A DNA stretch of 64,000 bases from Spirochaetia bacterium (GCA_965203515.1 OZ241907.1:3648001-3712000), one strand, 5' to 3'. Shown: positions 30,612 through 40,711, counted from the stretch's first letter. Numbers and translations are program-made. The notes: generated by a model not told the origin, from the sequence alone.

Positions 30612-31043
30612 CTACGCGAGCAACGCGAACACCGTCGTCAGCGAGGTGATGACCACGAAGCCAACGCCGATCATCCACGTCAGCGTGTTGAACCGCTTGT
30701 CGACCGCCTCGAACCGCTTGTCGATGTGCCCGATCAGATCCTCGAACCGCTTGTCGACCGCCTCGAACCGCTTGTCGATGTACCCGATCAGATCCTCGAA
30801 CCGCTTGTTCATGTCCTCGAAGCGTTTGTCGACCGCTTCGAATCGCTTGTCGATCGCCTCGAACCGCTTATCGAGGTACCCGATCAGATCCTCGAACCGC
30901 TTGTTCATGTCCTCGAAGCGTTTGTCGACCGCGACCGTCTCCGCCCGAGGGACCACGTGGTCGACCAGCTCCCGGAGCCACGGCTTGACGTAGTCCCCGA
31001 TGCGAACGACGTCCTCTTCCTTCAGCATTACCGGCTCTCCCAT
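30612..31043 (-). CDS. Membrane-anchored coiled-coil protein with DKRFE repeats (DUF1640/Bdr-like architecture)
   Basis: Ten (V/I/L/M)(D/N)KRF heptads and a C-terminal TM helix. Confidence 0.75.
   Translation of the reverse strand: MGEPVMLKEEDVVRIGDYVKPWLRELVDHVVPRAETVAVDKRFEDMNKRFEDLIGYLDKRFEAIDKRFEAVDKRFEDMNKRFEDLIGYIDKRFEAVDKRFEDLIGHIDKRFEAVDKRFNTLTWMIGVGFVVITSLTTVFALLA
30686..30930 (-). repeat. Coding 21-bp tandem repeats with three 12-bp (LIGY/LIGH) inserts
   Basis: Recurrent ctcgaaccgcttgtcga-like units on the + strand. Confidence 0.85.
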
Positions 31044-31090
31044 CAGCGCCCCCTGCTACTATAGCCAATAACGCGCCGAAGGAGACACGC

Positions 31091-32137
31091 ATGGCAGACG
31101 CCGTCAGGTTCGCGGTCGTGGGGCTGGGCATGGGCCGGCCGCGCGCCGATCGATGCGGGGAGACCGCGGGGGCCGAGCTGGCGGCGGTCTGCGACCTGTC
31201 GGAGGAGCGCGGGTCGGCCGCCGCCGCCGCGCTGGGGGTGCCGTGGGTGCAAAACTACGACGATCTGCTGGCGCGCGACGACCTGGACGTGATCGGCCTG
31301 TGGACGCCGAGCGGCACCCACGCGGCGCTGGCGGTGCAGGCGCTGCAGGCCGGCAAGCACGTGTGCATGACCAAGCCGATGGACATCACGACCGCCGCCT
31401 GCGACCGGGCTATCCACGAGGCCGATCGCCGCGGGCTGCTGCTGGGCATCGACTTCGAGCAGCGCTACCTGCCGGCGAACCACCGGGTCAAGCGGGCGAT
31501 CGACTCGGGCGCCATCGGCCGGCTGCTGCGGGCGGACCTGCGCATGTACTGGTTTCGCGGGCAGTCCTACTACGACGCGGGCATGCCGCAACGCTGGCGC
31601 AGCCGCCTCGATACCGAAGGAGGATCGTTGGCCAACCAGGCGGTCCACTTCGTCGACCTGCTGCTCTGGTGGGCCGGCGCCGCCGAACGCGTGGTCGGCT
31701 GTCGCGGCACCTACGGCCACGACATCGAGACCGAGGACGGCGCCACCGCCGTCGTCCAGTTCCGTACGGGAGCGGTCGGGTCGATCGTCACCACCACCTG
31801 CGCCGTCCCCGACCGGAGGCACGACGTCACCCTGAGCGGCACCTGGGGCACCCTCGTCTGGTCCAACGCCGACGAGGCGACGCTCGATCACGTGCCGGAC
31901 GGTGCGCGCTCGGCCGGCGATGCGTTTCGGGCCGACGGCGCGCCGCAGGTCGTCTCCGGCGACCTGGGCGCCTACGCGGCACCGCCGGATCTGGCGGGCA
32001 ACATCTTCGCCGACATGGTGGGGGCGATCCGCACCGGCTCCGCGTTGCAGTGCGACGGCCGCGAGGCGCGCCGCTCGGTGGCGCTGTTCGAAGCGGTATA
32101 CCGCGCCTCGGACAGCGGGTCCTGGGTCGAGGTGTGA
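31091..32137 (+). CDS. Gfo/Idh/MocA family oxidoreductase
   Basis: VVGLGMG, TPSGTH, GKHVCMTKP, GGSLANQAVHFVD; AAGGAG RBS. Confidence 0.9.
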   Translation: MADAVRFAVVGLGMGRPRADRCGETAGAELAAVCDLSEERGSAAAAALGVPWVQNYDDLLARDDLDVIGLWTPSGTHAALAVQALQAGKHVCMTKPMDITTAACDRAIHEADRRGLLLGIDFEQRYLPANHRVKRAIDSGAIGRLLRADLRMYWFRGQSYYDAGMPQRWRSRLDTEGGSLANQAVHFVDLLLWWAGAAERVVGCRGTYGHDIETEDGATAVVQFRTGAVGSIVTTTCAVPDRRHDVTLSGTWGTLVWSNADEATLDHVPDGARSAGDAFRADGAPQVVSGDLGAYAAPPDLAGNIFADMVGAIRTGSALQCDGREARRSVALFEAVYRASDSGSWVEV

Positions 32138-33459
32138 CCGTCCCGGGGCAGGCGCACCCGCCCAACATCCTCTACCTGCTCGCCGACGACCTGGGGTGGG
32201 CGGACGTCGGCTACCACGGCTCGGAGATCCGCACGCCCAACCTCGACCGGCTGGCGCGGGACGGCGTCGAGCTCGACCAGCACTACGTCTGCCCGATGTG
32301 CACGCCGACGCGCGCGTCGCTGTTGACCGGCCGCCATCCGGGACGCTTCGGGCGGCACGCCACGGAGCCGTCCAACGCGCCGGTGCTCCCGGACGGCTAC
32401 GAGACGCTGGCCGCGGCGCTGCGCAACGCCGGCTACGCCACCGGGCTGTTCGGCAAGTGGCACCTTGGATCGCACCCTCGATACGGTCCGAACCGGTACG
32501 GGTTCGACTACTCCTACGGCAGCCTGGCCGGCGGCGTCGACCCCTACCACCACCGCTACAAGGAAGGCGAGTATTCTCATACTTGGCACCGCAATGGCGA
32601 ACTGATCGAGGAGCGCGGCCACGTGACCGATCTGATCGTGGCGGAGGCGCTGCAGTGGATGGAGGCGCAGGAGCGGCCCTGGTTCTGCTACGTGCCGTTC
32701 ACCGCCGTGCACGTGCCGGTCAAGGCGCCGGAGGAATGGATCGACGCGTACTGCGATCGGAGCTACGACGCCGACCCGGCGCGCGACCGCTCGTTCAAGA
32801 TGTACGCCGCCTACGCAAGCCACATGGACCACGCGATCGGGCGGCTGATCGAGTCGCTGCACCGGACGCTGCAGCTCGACGACACGATCGTGGTGTTCGC
32901 GTCCGACAACGGGGCGATTCCCGATTCAGGGACGGACACCATCCACCAGTATCCCGGCAGACAGGAGGAGCTGCCGCGTCTGGGCAGCAATCTGCCGCTG
33001 CGCGGCCGCAAGGCGCAGCTCTACGAGGGCGGCATCCGCACGCCGGCGGTGATCAGTTGGCCGGGAACGCTGCGGCCGGCCATGGTGTCGCGGCCGATTC
33101 AGGTCGTCGACTGGATGCCGACCTTCGCCGGCCTGACCGGCGCGACCACCGCCGAGGATCCGCGCTGGGACGGGCGCGACGTCTGGCCCCTCATCACCGG
33201 CGAGGCGGAGGAGCCGGACCGGACCCTGTTCTGGAACTTCCGCGGCAGCGAGTACGGCGCCCGCATCGGTGACCTGAAGCTCCGCACCGACGGCGATCTG
33301 CGGCCGGAGAAGACCGAGCTCTTCGACTTGGCCGCCGACCCCGGCGAGCGGCGTGATTTCTTCGCAGAGTCGCCGGGCCGGGCGGCCGACCTGCTCGACC
33401 TGATCCGGCAGGAGCGGGAGCTGGACGACGTGTCGAAGCGGCCCGACGCTCCGCCGTAG
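32134..33459 (+). CDS. Arylsulfatase (formylglycine-dependent, family S1)
   Basis: PNILYLLADDLG, CTPTRASLLTGR, GKWHLG, SDNG, LYEGGIR; GTGA overlap with the upstream gene. Confidence 0.95.
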   Translation: MTVPGQAHPPNILYLLADDLGWADVGYHGSEIRTPNLDRLARDGVELDQHYVCPMCTPTRASLLTGRHPGRFGRHATEPSNAPVLPDGYETLAAALRNAGYATGLFGKWHLGSHPRYGPNRYGFDYSYGSLAGGVDPYHHRYKEGEYSHTWHRNGELIEERGHVTDLIVAEALQWMEAQERPWFCYVPFTAVHVPVKAPEEWIDAYCDRSYDADPARDRSFKMYAAYASHMDHAIGRLIESLHRTLQLDDTIVVFASDNGAIPDSGTDTIHQYPGRQEELPRLGSNLPLRGRKAQLYEGGIRTPAVISWPGTLRPAMVSRPIQVVDWMPTFAGLTGATTAEDPRWDGRDVWPLITGEAEEPDRTLFWNFRGSEYGARIGDLKLRTDGDLRPEKTELFDLAADPGERRDFFAESPGRAADLLDLIRQERELDDVSKRPDAPP

Positions 33460-33474
33460 CGGTCAACCGCTCGC

Positions 33475-35063
33475 TCAGGAGTCGTAGATGCTTCCCATCT
33501 GCCAGGCGTCGAGCGAGCGGAGCGTCGCGCCGCTCCCGCAGGCGCGCAACGACACGCCGGTCGAGTCCGCGCGTCCCGGATAGACGCGCAGCGCCACGCA
33601 CTGGCGGCCGTTGACGAACACCTCCACCACGCTGCGGTCGATGAAGATGCGGAGCGCAAGCGGCTCGTCCGGACCGACGTAGACCGGCGCCGTCTCCGGC
33701 GCCCGCGACAGCACGTCCGGCAGCTCCGAAGAGCGCGTGTTGTCCAGGGTGATCAGGCTGTCACCGGCGGCAAGACTCCGCTCCCGGTCGGGTCCGGCGT
33801 ACCGCTCCCGGTTTCGGAAGCCCCGCTGCCGGTAGAAGGCGATACGGGTGTACTCCTGCCGTTGCGGGGAGCGGAGCACGTCGATCTCCACGGTGGGCGC
33901 GTCCTGCGGGTCGATCACCGCGGCGATCTCCAGGGAGGCGCCGTTCACGTCCTGCAGCACCACGTCGCGGTTGGCCGGCAGCGCCGTCGGCCCCACCCGG
34001 ACGCGCCGGCCGCGCAGCGAGGCGATGTCGCCGACCGGCTCCACGTCGATCCCGTCGTATTCGGCCAGCGTGAGGCGGCGCGGCAGGCTCATCACCTGGT
34101 CCCAGCCCCGCGTCGGCTTGGCGGGGTTCATGTTGAAGATGGCGATGAGGCCGCCGTCGCCGTCCGGCGTGGCCGACGGCGCGTGCACGCCGCCCGGCTG
34201 TACGGAGCCGAAGTTGAAGCGGCCGCCGGCGGTCACCAGCAGCTTGTCGCGTTCCGTGTCGTAGTCGCCGATCAGGTACTTGCCGCCGCTCATGTGGCTG
34301 AAGTAGAGCAGCGCGTGGCGGCGGTTCGCGTCCGACCCGATCGGCCAGAAATAGGGACAGGCGCCGTCGTCGCCGGCCAGGGAGAAGCGGTCGTGCTCGT
34401 CGAACGGGTGCAGATACTCCCAGTGCGCCAGATCGTCGGAACGGAACAGAAAGTCGGCGCGGCTCACCTTGCCGGCCGGCGGGTGCGGCAGGGTGCCGCC
34501 GGAGAGCGAGTAGTACCGGCCGCCCTGCTTCCAGATGCACGGGTCGAAGACGGCGTAGGGAAGCGGCGGGTCATTCGGTCCGGCCAGGGGAATGACCGGC
34601 TTGCCAGTGACCTTCTTCCAGTTGAGCAGCAGCGGATCGCTCGAGGTAGCCACCATGGTGCCGGCCTCGGTGCCGTGGTAGCAGGCGATGACGCGGTCGT
34701 CCTCCACCAGGGTCGCGCCCGAAAAGCAGCACCGTTCGGGGTCGGGATAGATCGCGTAGGAAGGTCGCGCCAGTGGATCAGATCGTCGCTCACGGCGTGG
34801 CCCCAGTGCTGGCGCGGATCCTCCGGCGGGTAGCCCTGGTAGAACAGGTGCCAGCGGCCCTGCCAGCGGCACAGGCCGTTGGGATCGTTCAGCCGGTTCT
34901 CGGGGCTCAGGAAGTGGTACCGCGGCACGTGCCGGTCGCGAGCGAGCTCCCGGCGGGAGGCGCGAAAGCGCTCCAGCAGAGGGTTGGCGGCAAGCTCCCG
35001 CTCCTGAGCGGCAAGCGAGTCGGAGAACGTGAAGCGGGGAACGGAGGACCGGTAGTCGGGCAT
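33475..35063 (-). CDS. GH32-like glycoside hydrolase (five-blade propeller plus beta-sandwich); -1 frameshift at ~34760
   Basis: N-part [28 protein letters not shown] joins C-part [25 protein letters not shown] when one base is restored (CTT CC- TAC). Confidence 0.85.
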
Positions 35064-35169
35064 GGCGGCCTGGACAGTCTGTCGCCGATGCCGTGTCAGC
35101 GGCAAGTCGGGACGGACTCCGCCTCCCGGCTGATTGGACACGATGTTCCTGGGACACCATGATGGTCGG

Positions 35170-35793
35170 ATGCTGAGCGCTTCACGTCTGACGCTCCGGA
35201 CGCGCCGGCGCCGCGGCCCGGACGGGGCGGAGTCGGAGGAGCTGATACTGGGGATGTCGATCGCCTATCGCGCGATGATGGCGGCGATGGGAGCGATTCT
35301 GATCGTCGGCATGCTGGTGGCGGCCGGTGACGGCGGCCGCCCCGTCACGCTGCCGGGCGATGCGATTCCGCTGGGGATCATCGCGCTCTGCCTGCTCGGC
35401 GCGGCGTACCGCGACTGCTGGATATTCCGGCCGGCCGCCGGCGCCTGCGAGCGGCAGATCGGCTTGGCGTTCCTCTGCAAGCGCACGAACGTCCCGCTCG
35501 CGTCGCTCCGAAGCGTCGAGGTGAGCGAGTATCTGCGGGGAGGTCCGATCGACAGCGCGCCGCTGGACCGCACCCGGTACGGCCCGCACCGGCCGTTCAG
35601 CTTCAAGCCGCGCAGCTTCGTGACCCTCAGCCTGATCGACGCCGAGGAGCGGACCATCCGCATCGATCACGCCGGCGGCTCCACCGCCGACCGCATGGTG
35701 ACGGTCGGCAGGGAGCTGGCCGCCTCCATCGGCGTCGAACTGATCGACCGCACCGCGGGCGCCGCCCGCCCGCGCGTGATCCCCGGATCGTGA
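35170..35793 (+). CDS. Hypothetical membrane protein (two TM helices plus soluble domain)
   Basis: Two hydrophobic segments and normal codon usage; start uncertain (35134 or 35170). Confidence 0.6.
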   Translation: MLSASRLTLRTRRRRGPDGAESEELILGMSIAYRAMMAAMGAILIVGMLVAAGDGGRPVTLPGDAIPLGIIALCLLGAAYRDCWIFRPAAGACERQIGLAFLCKRTNVPLASLRSVEVSEYLRGGPIDSAPLDRTRYGPHRPFSFKPRSFVTLSLIDAEERTIRIDHAGGSTADRMVTVGRELAASIGVELIDRTAGAARPRVIPGS

Positions 35794-35812
35794 GCAGGGA
35801 ACGTAAGGATAG

Positions 35813-36415
35813 TTAGTCTGCGTCCGCCAATAATCGTCGGAATGCGTCGAGGTCGGGGGCCTGGATCGCCGCGCGAAGCAACTGCTTGAGCCGCTGCACG
35901 TCGCCGGCGGCCTCCAAGCGGTCCGCCAAAGGGCGTGCCGCGCCGGGACCGAACCGAAGCTCCAACGCTTCCCGGATGCTATCCAGGAGCCCCTGCTCGA
36001 CGCCTTGCTCGACGCCTCGTTCCAGGATTTCGGCTTCCCAGCGATCGATCTTCTCCAACAACACTGCGCTTGCCTCCTCATAGTCGCGAATCGACGGCAA
36101 CTTGACGCCCCACTTCCGGCCCAGGGCGCCGAGCCACAGGTCGAAGCTCCTCGTCAGCCCCGGCTCGCCCTCGGCAGCGAGCCACCGGCCCAACTCCCTC
36201 ACCCGCTCCGCCAGCACCCCGGCGCGCCGGCTGCGCTCCACCTCCGCCACCCAGGTTATCAGGTTCGGCCGCGGCAGATCATCCGCTTCCGCCGCCACCA
36301 GATCGACCACCTCATAGCTCAGCGCAAGCTCCTGCGGTCCGTCGTACTCCCACCTCGGCGTCAACTCCGCCAGCGACCGCGCCGCGTCCCACCGGGCGTC
36401 GCCGTTGTACAGCAC
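35813..36415 (-). pseudogene. N-terminally truncated Rpn (YhgA-like recombination-promoting nuclease/putative transposase) C-terminal fragment
   Basis: Begins at the mid-protein motif VLYNGDARW; has GVEQGVEQG and LELRFG tail; the N-terminal PD-(D/E)XK part and an RBS are absent. Confidence 0.65.
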
Positions 36416-36501
36416 ACTTCATGGCGGTGCGGCGGCGGTGCGCGCGGTGTAGAGTGCCGGACCTGGGCCTTGGCGGGCGCAGATCACCGTCGGGAGGAAC
36501 C

Positions 36502-37590
36502 ATGGAACACCGGCACATTCGATACTCGACGATAGCGGAGTCGGGGCCGACCAATCCCCGGAACGATACGGCCAGCGTGGTCGAGTTGACCGACGGCCGC
36601 CTGCTGGTGGTCTGGCACAAGTACGAGGCGTCGGCGGAATCGGGGCACGACCTGGCCCGCTGCCGAATCCACGCGAAGACGTCCGCCGATCGGGGGCTGA
36701 CCTGGGGCGGCGAGCGCATGATCGTCGACATCGCGCCGGGTGACCGAAACGTCCATGGGCCGGCGATAGCTCGTCTGCCGGCGGGCGGCCTCTTCATGAT
36801 AGGTCTGCGCGCTCATTCGGAGCGCAGCACGACGCTGTGCACGTACGTGTCCGACGACGAAGGGCAGAGCTTCACGGAGACCGGCACGGTGTGGGAGCGG
36901 TCGCCGGGGCAGTGGCTGCAGGGCGGTGCGACGAGCGTCGTGGCGCTTTCGTCCGGCCGCCTGCTCGTGCCGTGCCACGGCGGAACGGGCGGTCAGTTCG
37001 AGCAGCACAACACGGCGTGGTGTTGGCTCAGCGACGATGCCGGCCGGAGCTGGGTGCGGTCGCGGAGCGTCGTGGACCTGCCGATGCGCGGCGCCATGGA
37101 GGCGTCCGTTGCCGAGCACGGCGACGGCCGGCTCTTCATGTCGCTCAGGACCCAACTGGGATCGGTGTTCCTGTCGTGTTCCGACGACGGAGGCGACACG
37201 TGGTCCCTGCCGCAGACGACCGGTCTGAAGGCGCCCGAATCGGGTACGTGCCTGCGCCGGATTCCGGATTCGGACACGATGCTGCTCATCTGGAACGACG
37301 GCAGCTACGAGCCGGCGCACCATCACTACGGCCGCCGGCGCCCCCTGTCGATGGCGGTCTCAGCCGACGGATGCCGGAGCTGGAGGCGCGTCGGCGATCT
37401 GGCCGGCGGGGACTACGAGCTGACCAACATCGGTTGTACGTTCACCACCGCCGGCGACGCGGTGGTGACCTACCTGCAGGTCGAGGACCGCACGTGGGAG
37501 CGTTTTATCAGGAGCGGCATAGACCTCCGGGCCGCGATCGTTCCCGTGTCGATGCTGCTCGATGCCGACGCGGCGCGCCGTCAGATGTAG
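36502..37590 (+). CDS. BNR/Asp-box beta-propeller, sialidase-family protein
   Basis: Five Asp boxes (SADRGLTW, SDDEGQSF, SDDAGRSW, SDDGGDTW, SADGCRSW); GGAGG RBS. Confidence 0.85.
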   Translation: MEHRHIRYSTIAESGPTNPRNDTASVVELTDGRLLVVWHKYEASAESGHDLARCRIHAKTSADRGLTWGGERMIVDIAPGDRNVHGPAIARLPAGGLFMIGLRAHSERSTTLCTYVSDDEGQSFTETGTVWERSPGQWLQGGATSVVALSSGRLLVPCHGGTGGQFEQHNTAWCWLSDDAGRSWVRSRSVVDLPMRGAMEASVAEHGDGRLFMSLRTQLGSVFLSCSDDGGDTWSLPQTTGLKAPESGTCLRRIPDSDTMLLIWNDGSYEPAHHHYGRRRPLSMAVSADGCRSWRRVGDLAGGDYELTNIGCTFTTAGDAVVTYLQVEDRTWERFIRSGIDLRAAIVPVSMLLDADAARRQM

Positions 37591-38462
37591 CCGGCCGCGG
37601 TGAGCAGGTCGGCCTGGTCGGAGAGGCGCCGGAGCACGTGGTCGGGGTAGATCGACATGCGCTGGAACGGCAGGTTGTCACGCCCGATCGCCGGCATGTA
37701 GTTGAAGAACACGGAGCGCCGGATCGAGCGGTCGGTCACCGGGTAGGCGTTGTGGGTCATGCCTTCGGAGAAGATCACCACGTCGCCCGGCGCGGCCAGC
37801 ACCGGCACCGCCATCGGGTTGCGGCTGGCGTCGTCCATGTCGAAGGGGCAGGGGAAGTTGGCCTTGTGGCTGCCGGGGACGGCGGCGAACGGCCCGTTCT
37901 CCACCCGCGTCATGTCGGACAGGATGATCACGCTCTTGGTGCTCTTGCAGGCGAAGCGCCCGCGCGTGTGGTCGTAGCCGTAGTGGATGTCGCGGTCGAC
38001 CGGGAAGCCGCCGTTGTGCAGGCCGCCGCCGGGGGCCGGTCCCACCTTTTCGATGTAGTACGTGGCGGAGAGGTACACGGGGCCGCCGGCCAGCTCGGCG
38101 TGGATCGCCTTGAGGACCGGGTCGCGCACGATGCGGTCGAACTTGTCGGTGCCGCACAGCGCGTGATCCACGCGGCCCACCCCGCCGTTCGCGGGATTGG
38201 GGGCGCGGTCGGGGCGGTGCTGCCCCTTCCAGAACGGATGCTCGGGGTCGGCCATGGCCGGGCGCAGGAAGTAGCTGGCCACGCCGAGCCGCGTGTAGGT
38301 CCGGTAGTCGATCGGGATCGCCTGCAGCTCGTCGATCCCGGCGTGGAACCCGGCCACCGCCTCCGCGTCGAAGTGCTGCCGGAGCACGAGGTAGCCGCGC
38401 AGATCGAACTCGTACTTCTGCTCCGGCGTCAGCCGGTACGCGGGGGCGTCAGGATCGGCCAT
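37581..38462 (-). CDS. Phytanoyl-CoA dioxygenase (PhyH) family Fe(II)/2OG oxygenase
   Basis: FDLRGYLVL, LHNG, GPFAAVPGSHK, PGDVVIFSEGMTH, RRSVF. Confidence 0.85.
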   Translation of the reverse strand: MADPDAPAYRLTPEQKYEFDLRGYLVLRQHFDAEAVAGFHAGIDELQAIPIDYRTYTRLGVASYFLRPAMADPEHPFWKGQHRPDRAPNPANGGVGRVDHALCGTDKFDRIVRDPVLKAIHAELAGGPVYLSATYYIEKVGPAPGGGLHNGGFPVDRDIHYGYDHTRGRFACKSTKSVIILSDMTRVENGPFAAVPGSHKANFPCPFDMDDASRNPMAVPVLAAPGDVVIFSEGMTHNAYPVTDRSIRRSVFFNYMPAIGRDNLPFQRMSIYPDHVLRRLSDQADLLTAAGYI

Positions 38463-39363
38463 CGACAGCGCTCCCCGACTCGCGCCAGATCATGCGCCGC
38501 GCCGTTCCGCCCATGATCTGCGCGCGGTCGGCATCGTCCAGCTCCGGCAGCAGCTCGTCGAGCACGCGGGTGAGCTTGCCGTAGCCGGGGTTCGCCCGTA
38601 TCCACGGGAAGTCGGTCGCCCACAGGCAGCGATCGGCGCCCAGCTCCCTCACCAGCGTTTCGTGCCGGCGCCGCAGGTCCCGGTACGGGTAGGGCTCATC
38701 GCTGAAGGCGTACTGACCGGACAGCTTGACGCACACGTTGGGGTACCGGGCGAGGCTGCGCACGTCGCGGCCGGTGAGCGGCGCGTCGTCCGGCAAGGCG
38801 CGAGCCAGCCTCGGCCTTCCCTGTTGGTCGGTCGTCATGGATCGGTCCGCGGGACAGACCATGAGGTGGTTGAACACGACCGTGAGGTCCGGGAACGCAT
38901 CGAGCAGCCGGGCGCACAGGTGCGCCTCGGCCGCTCGGGGGTAGAGCCAGACGACGTAGCCCCGCTCGGCCGCATGCTTCCAGACCGGGTAGGTCGTGAA
39001 GGCGCGCACGTCGGCCGGCGCCGGCGGATCCGACGGACCGCCGATCCGGAACAGCCGGTAGCCGACGATGCCGCCGTCCTCGGCCAGCCGGTCCATGTGC
39101 TCCTCCGGGCGCCGCGGGTCCGGCACCAGGCCGATCCCCTTGAACCGATCCGGGTAGCTCCGCAGGCAGTGCCGGAGGTAGGCGTGGTCCGCGAGCGAGG
39201 TCCCGCCGATCTGCACCAGCACCGCCCGCTCGACGCCGTGGCTCTCCATGAGCTGCAGGAGCGTCTCCACGCTCTCTTCCCGGTCCGCCGGCATGCCATC
39301 GCTCACCTCACGCGGGAACCGGCGCGATGCCTTGGCGAAGACGTGGACGTGGGCATCGATCAC
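38449..39363 (-). CDS. Amidohydrolase family protein (Amidohydro_2, lactonase-like)
   Basis: IDAHVH, FNHL, VKLSG, LWATDFP, IMGGTA; start approximate. Confidence 0.85.
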   Translation of the reverse strand: MIDAHVHVFAKASRRFPREVSDGMPADREESVETLLQLMESHGVERAVLVQIGGTSLADHAYLRHCLRSYPDRFKGIGLVPDPRRPEEHMDRLAEDGGIVGYRLFRIGGPSDPPAPADVRAFTTYPVWKHAAERGYVVWLYPRAAEAHLCARLLDAFPDLTVVFNHLMVCPADRSMTTDQQGRPRLARALPDDAPLTGRDVRSLARYPNVCVKLSGQYAFSDEPYPYRDLRRRHETLVRELGADRCLWATDFPWIRANPGYGKLTRVLDELLPELDDADRAQIMGGTARRMIWRESGSAVDGRS

Positions 39364-39520
39364 GACGGTCTGCTCATCGGCTCCTGCCCCGGAACGGTAG
39401 CACGTGCCGCGTCCGCACACCTGACCAGGGCGCCGGGGGTCCCGAAACGCACGCTGGCGTGACGGCGCCCGCCGGCCTTGCGCCGCCGCCGGCTTCGTGG
39501 TAACGCAATCGGTCAAAGGG

Positions 39521-40711
39521 ATGGCTACCGCTTACGAACCTCTGGCGGACGTGCGCGGCCACCTCAGAGTGGCGTGGTACCGGACGCGGATCGAGCCGGC
39601 GACGCTCCGGCGGTTGATGCAACGCAGCGACCTGCAAGGGTGGCTGCAGGCCGGCGGCCATCTCCTCCTCTACCTGGCGACCGGCATCCTGGCGTTCCGG
39701 CTGGGGGCCGGGCGGGCGTGGGCGGCGTTCGCCTTGGCGCTGTTCGCCCACGGCACGGTGGCCAGCTTCATGCGCGGCGTCGCGCCGCACGAGCTGGCGC
39801 ACGGCACGGTATTCCGCACCAAGTGGCTGAACCACGCGTTCCTCTACGTCTACAGCGTGCTGAGCTGGTGGGACCCGTTCGACTACGGCACCAGCCACAC
39901 GTACCATCACCGCTACACGCTGTACCCGGCAGGTGACCGGGAAAACCTGCTGCCGCTCAACCCCAAGGTCGGCGGGCCGTGGTTCCTGATCCAGTTGTTC
40001 ACCCTCAATCTGACCGGCCGGCCCGGACGCACGTTCGGCAAGGGCGGGCTGATCTCCACGCTGGCGATCACCTGCATGTCGGCGATCGGCCGGGTCGGCT
40101 ACGTGCGGACGCCGGCGGGCGAGTGGATCTGCGCCCTGCACGCCGACCAGCCGGCCGAGGCGCGCAAGTCGATGTGGTTCGCGCGGTTGCAACTCACGTT
40201 CCACGGCGCGGTGGCGGTCTACGGGATCGCCTCCGGGTACTGGATACTGCCGATCCTGGTCGGCGCGGCGCCGCTCATCGGCAACTGGCTCAGCTATCTG
40301 GTCGGCCTGCCGCAACACTGCGGCCTGCGCGACAACGTGGCCGACTTTCGCAAGTCGACGCGCTCGATGCAGCTCGATCCGGTCTCGACCTTCCTCTACT
40401 GGCGGATGAACTGGCATACCGAGCACCACATGTACGCCGGGGTGCCGTGCTACAACCTCAGGAAGCTGGCGCGGGAGATCGCGCACGACATGCCGGAGCC
40501 CCGCACGCTGCCGGGAGCGTGGCGGGAGATGCGCGCGGTCTGGAAGCGGCAGCGGACCGACCCGGACTACCAGTTCGACACGCCCGTCCCCAACGAGGCG
40601 CCCGCCCCGGCGGACGCGCGGGCGGGACTTGCCGTCGAGCCGGACGATCCTGCAGCCTCGCTGGGCGAGCTGGCGCCGCAGGGGCTGCGGGCGGCTCCCG
40701 AACCGCGGTAG
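39521..40711 (+). CDS. Membrane fatty-acid-desaturase-family di-iron enzyme
   Basis: His boxes HELAH, HTYHH, QH, HTEHH. Confidence 0.85.
   Translation: MATAYEPLADVRGHLRVAWYRTRIEPATLRRLMQRSDLQGWLQAGGHLLLYLATGILAFRLGAGRAWAAFALALFAHGTVASFMRGVAPHELAHGTVFRTKWLNHAFLYVYSVLSWWDPFDYGTSHTYHHRYTLYPAGDRENLLPLNPKVGGPWFLIQLFTLNLTGRPGRTFGKGGLISTLAITCMSAIGRVGYVRTPAGEWICALHADQPAEARKSMWFARLQLTFHGAVAVYGIASGYWILPILVGAAPLIGNWLSYLVGLPQHCGLRDNVADFRKSTRSMQLDPVSTFLYWRMNWHTEHHMYAGVPCYNLRKLAREIAHDMPEPRTLPGAWREMRAVWKRQRTDPDYQFDTPVPNEAPAPADARAGLAVEPDDPAASLGELAPQGLRAAPEPR

Noticed and set aside
30646..31064. Repetitive plus-strand ORFs (SNRLS and LEPLV repeats)
   Set aside because: Antisense readings of the DKRFE coiled-coil gene, which has the plausible TM anchor.
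31153..32133. Long N-terminal extension of the sulfatase ORF (768 aa)
   Set aside because: Overlaps the Gfo/Idh/MocA gene in another frame; the sulfatase motif starts just after GTG 32134.
35794..36500. IS element around the Rpn fragment
   Set aside because: No terminal inverted repeats, target duplication or catalytic domain could be seen.
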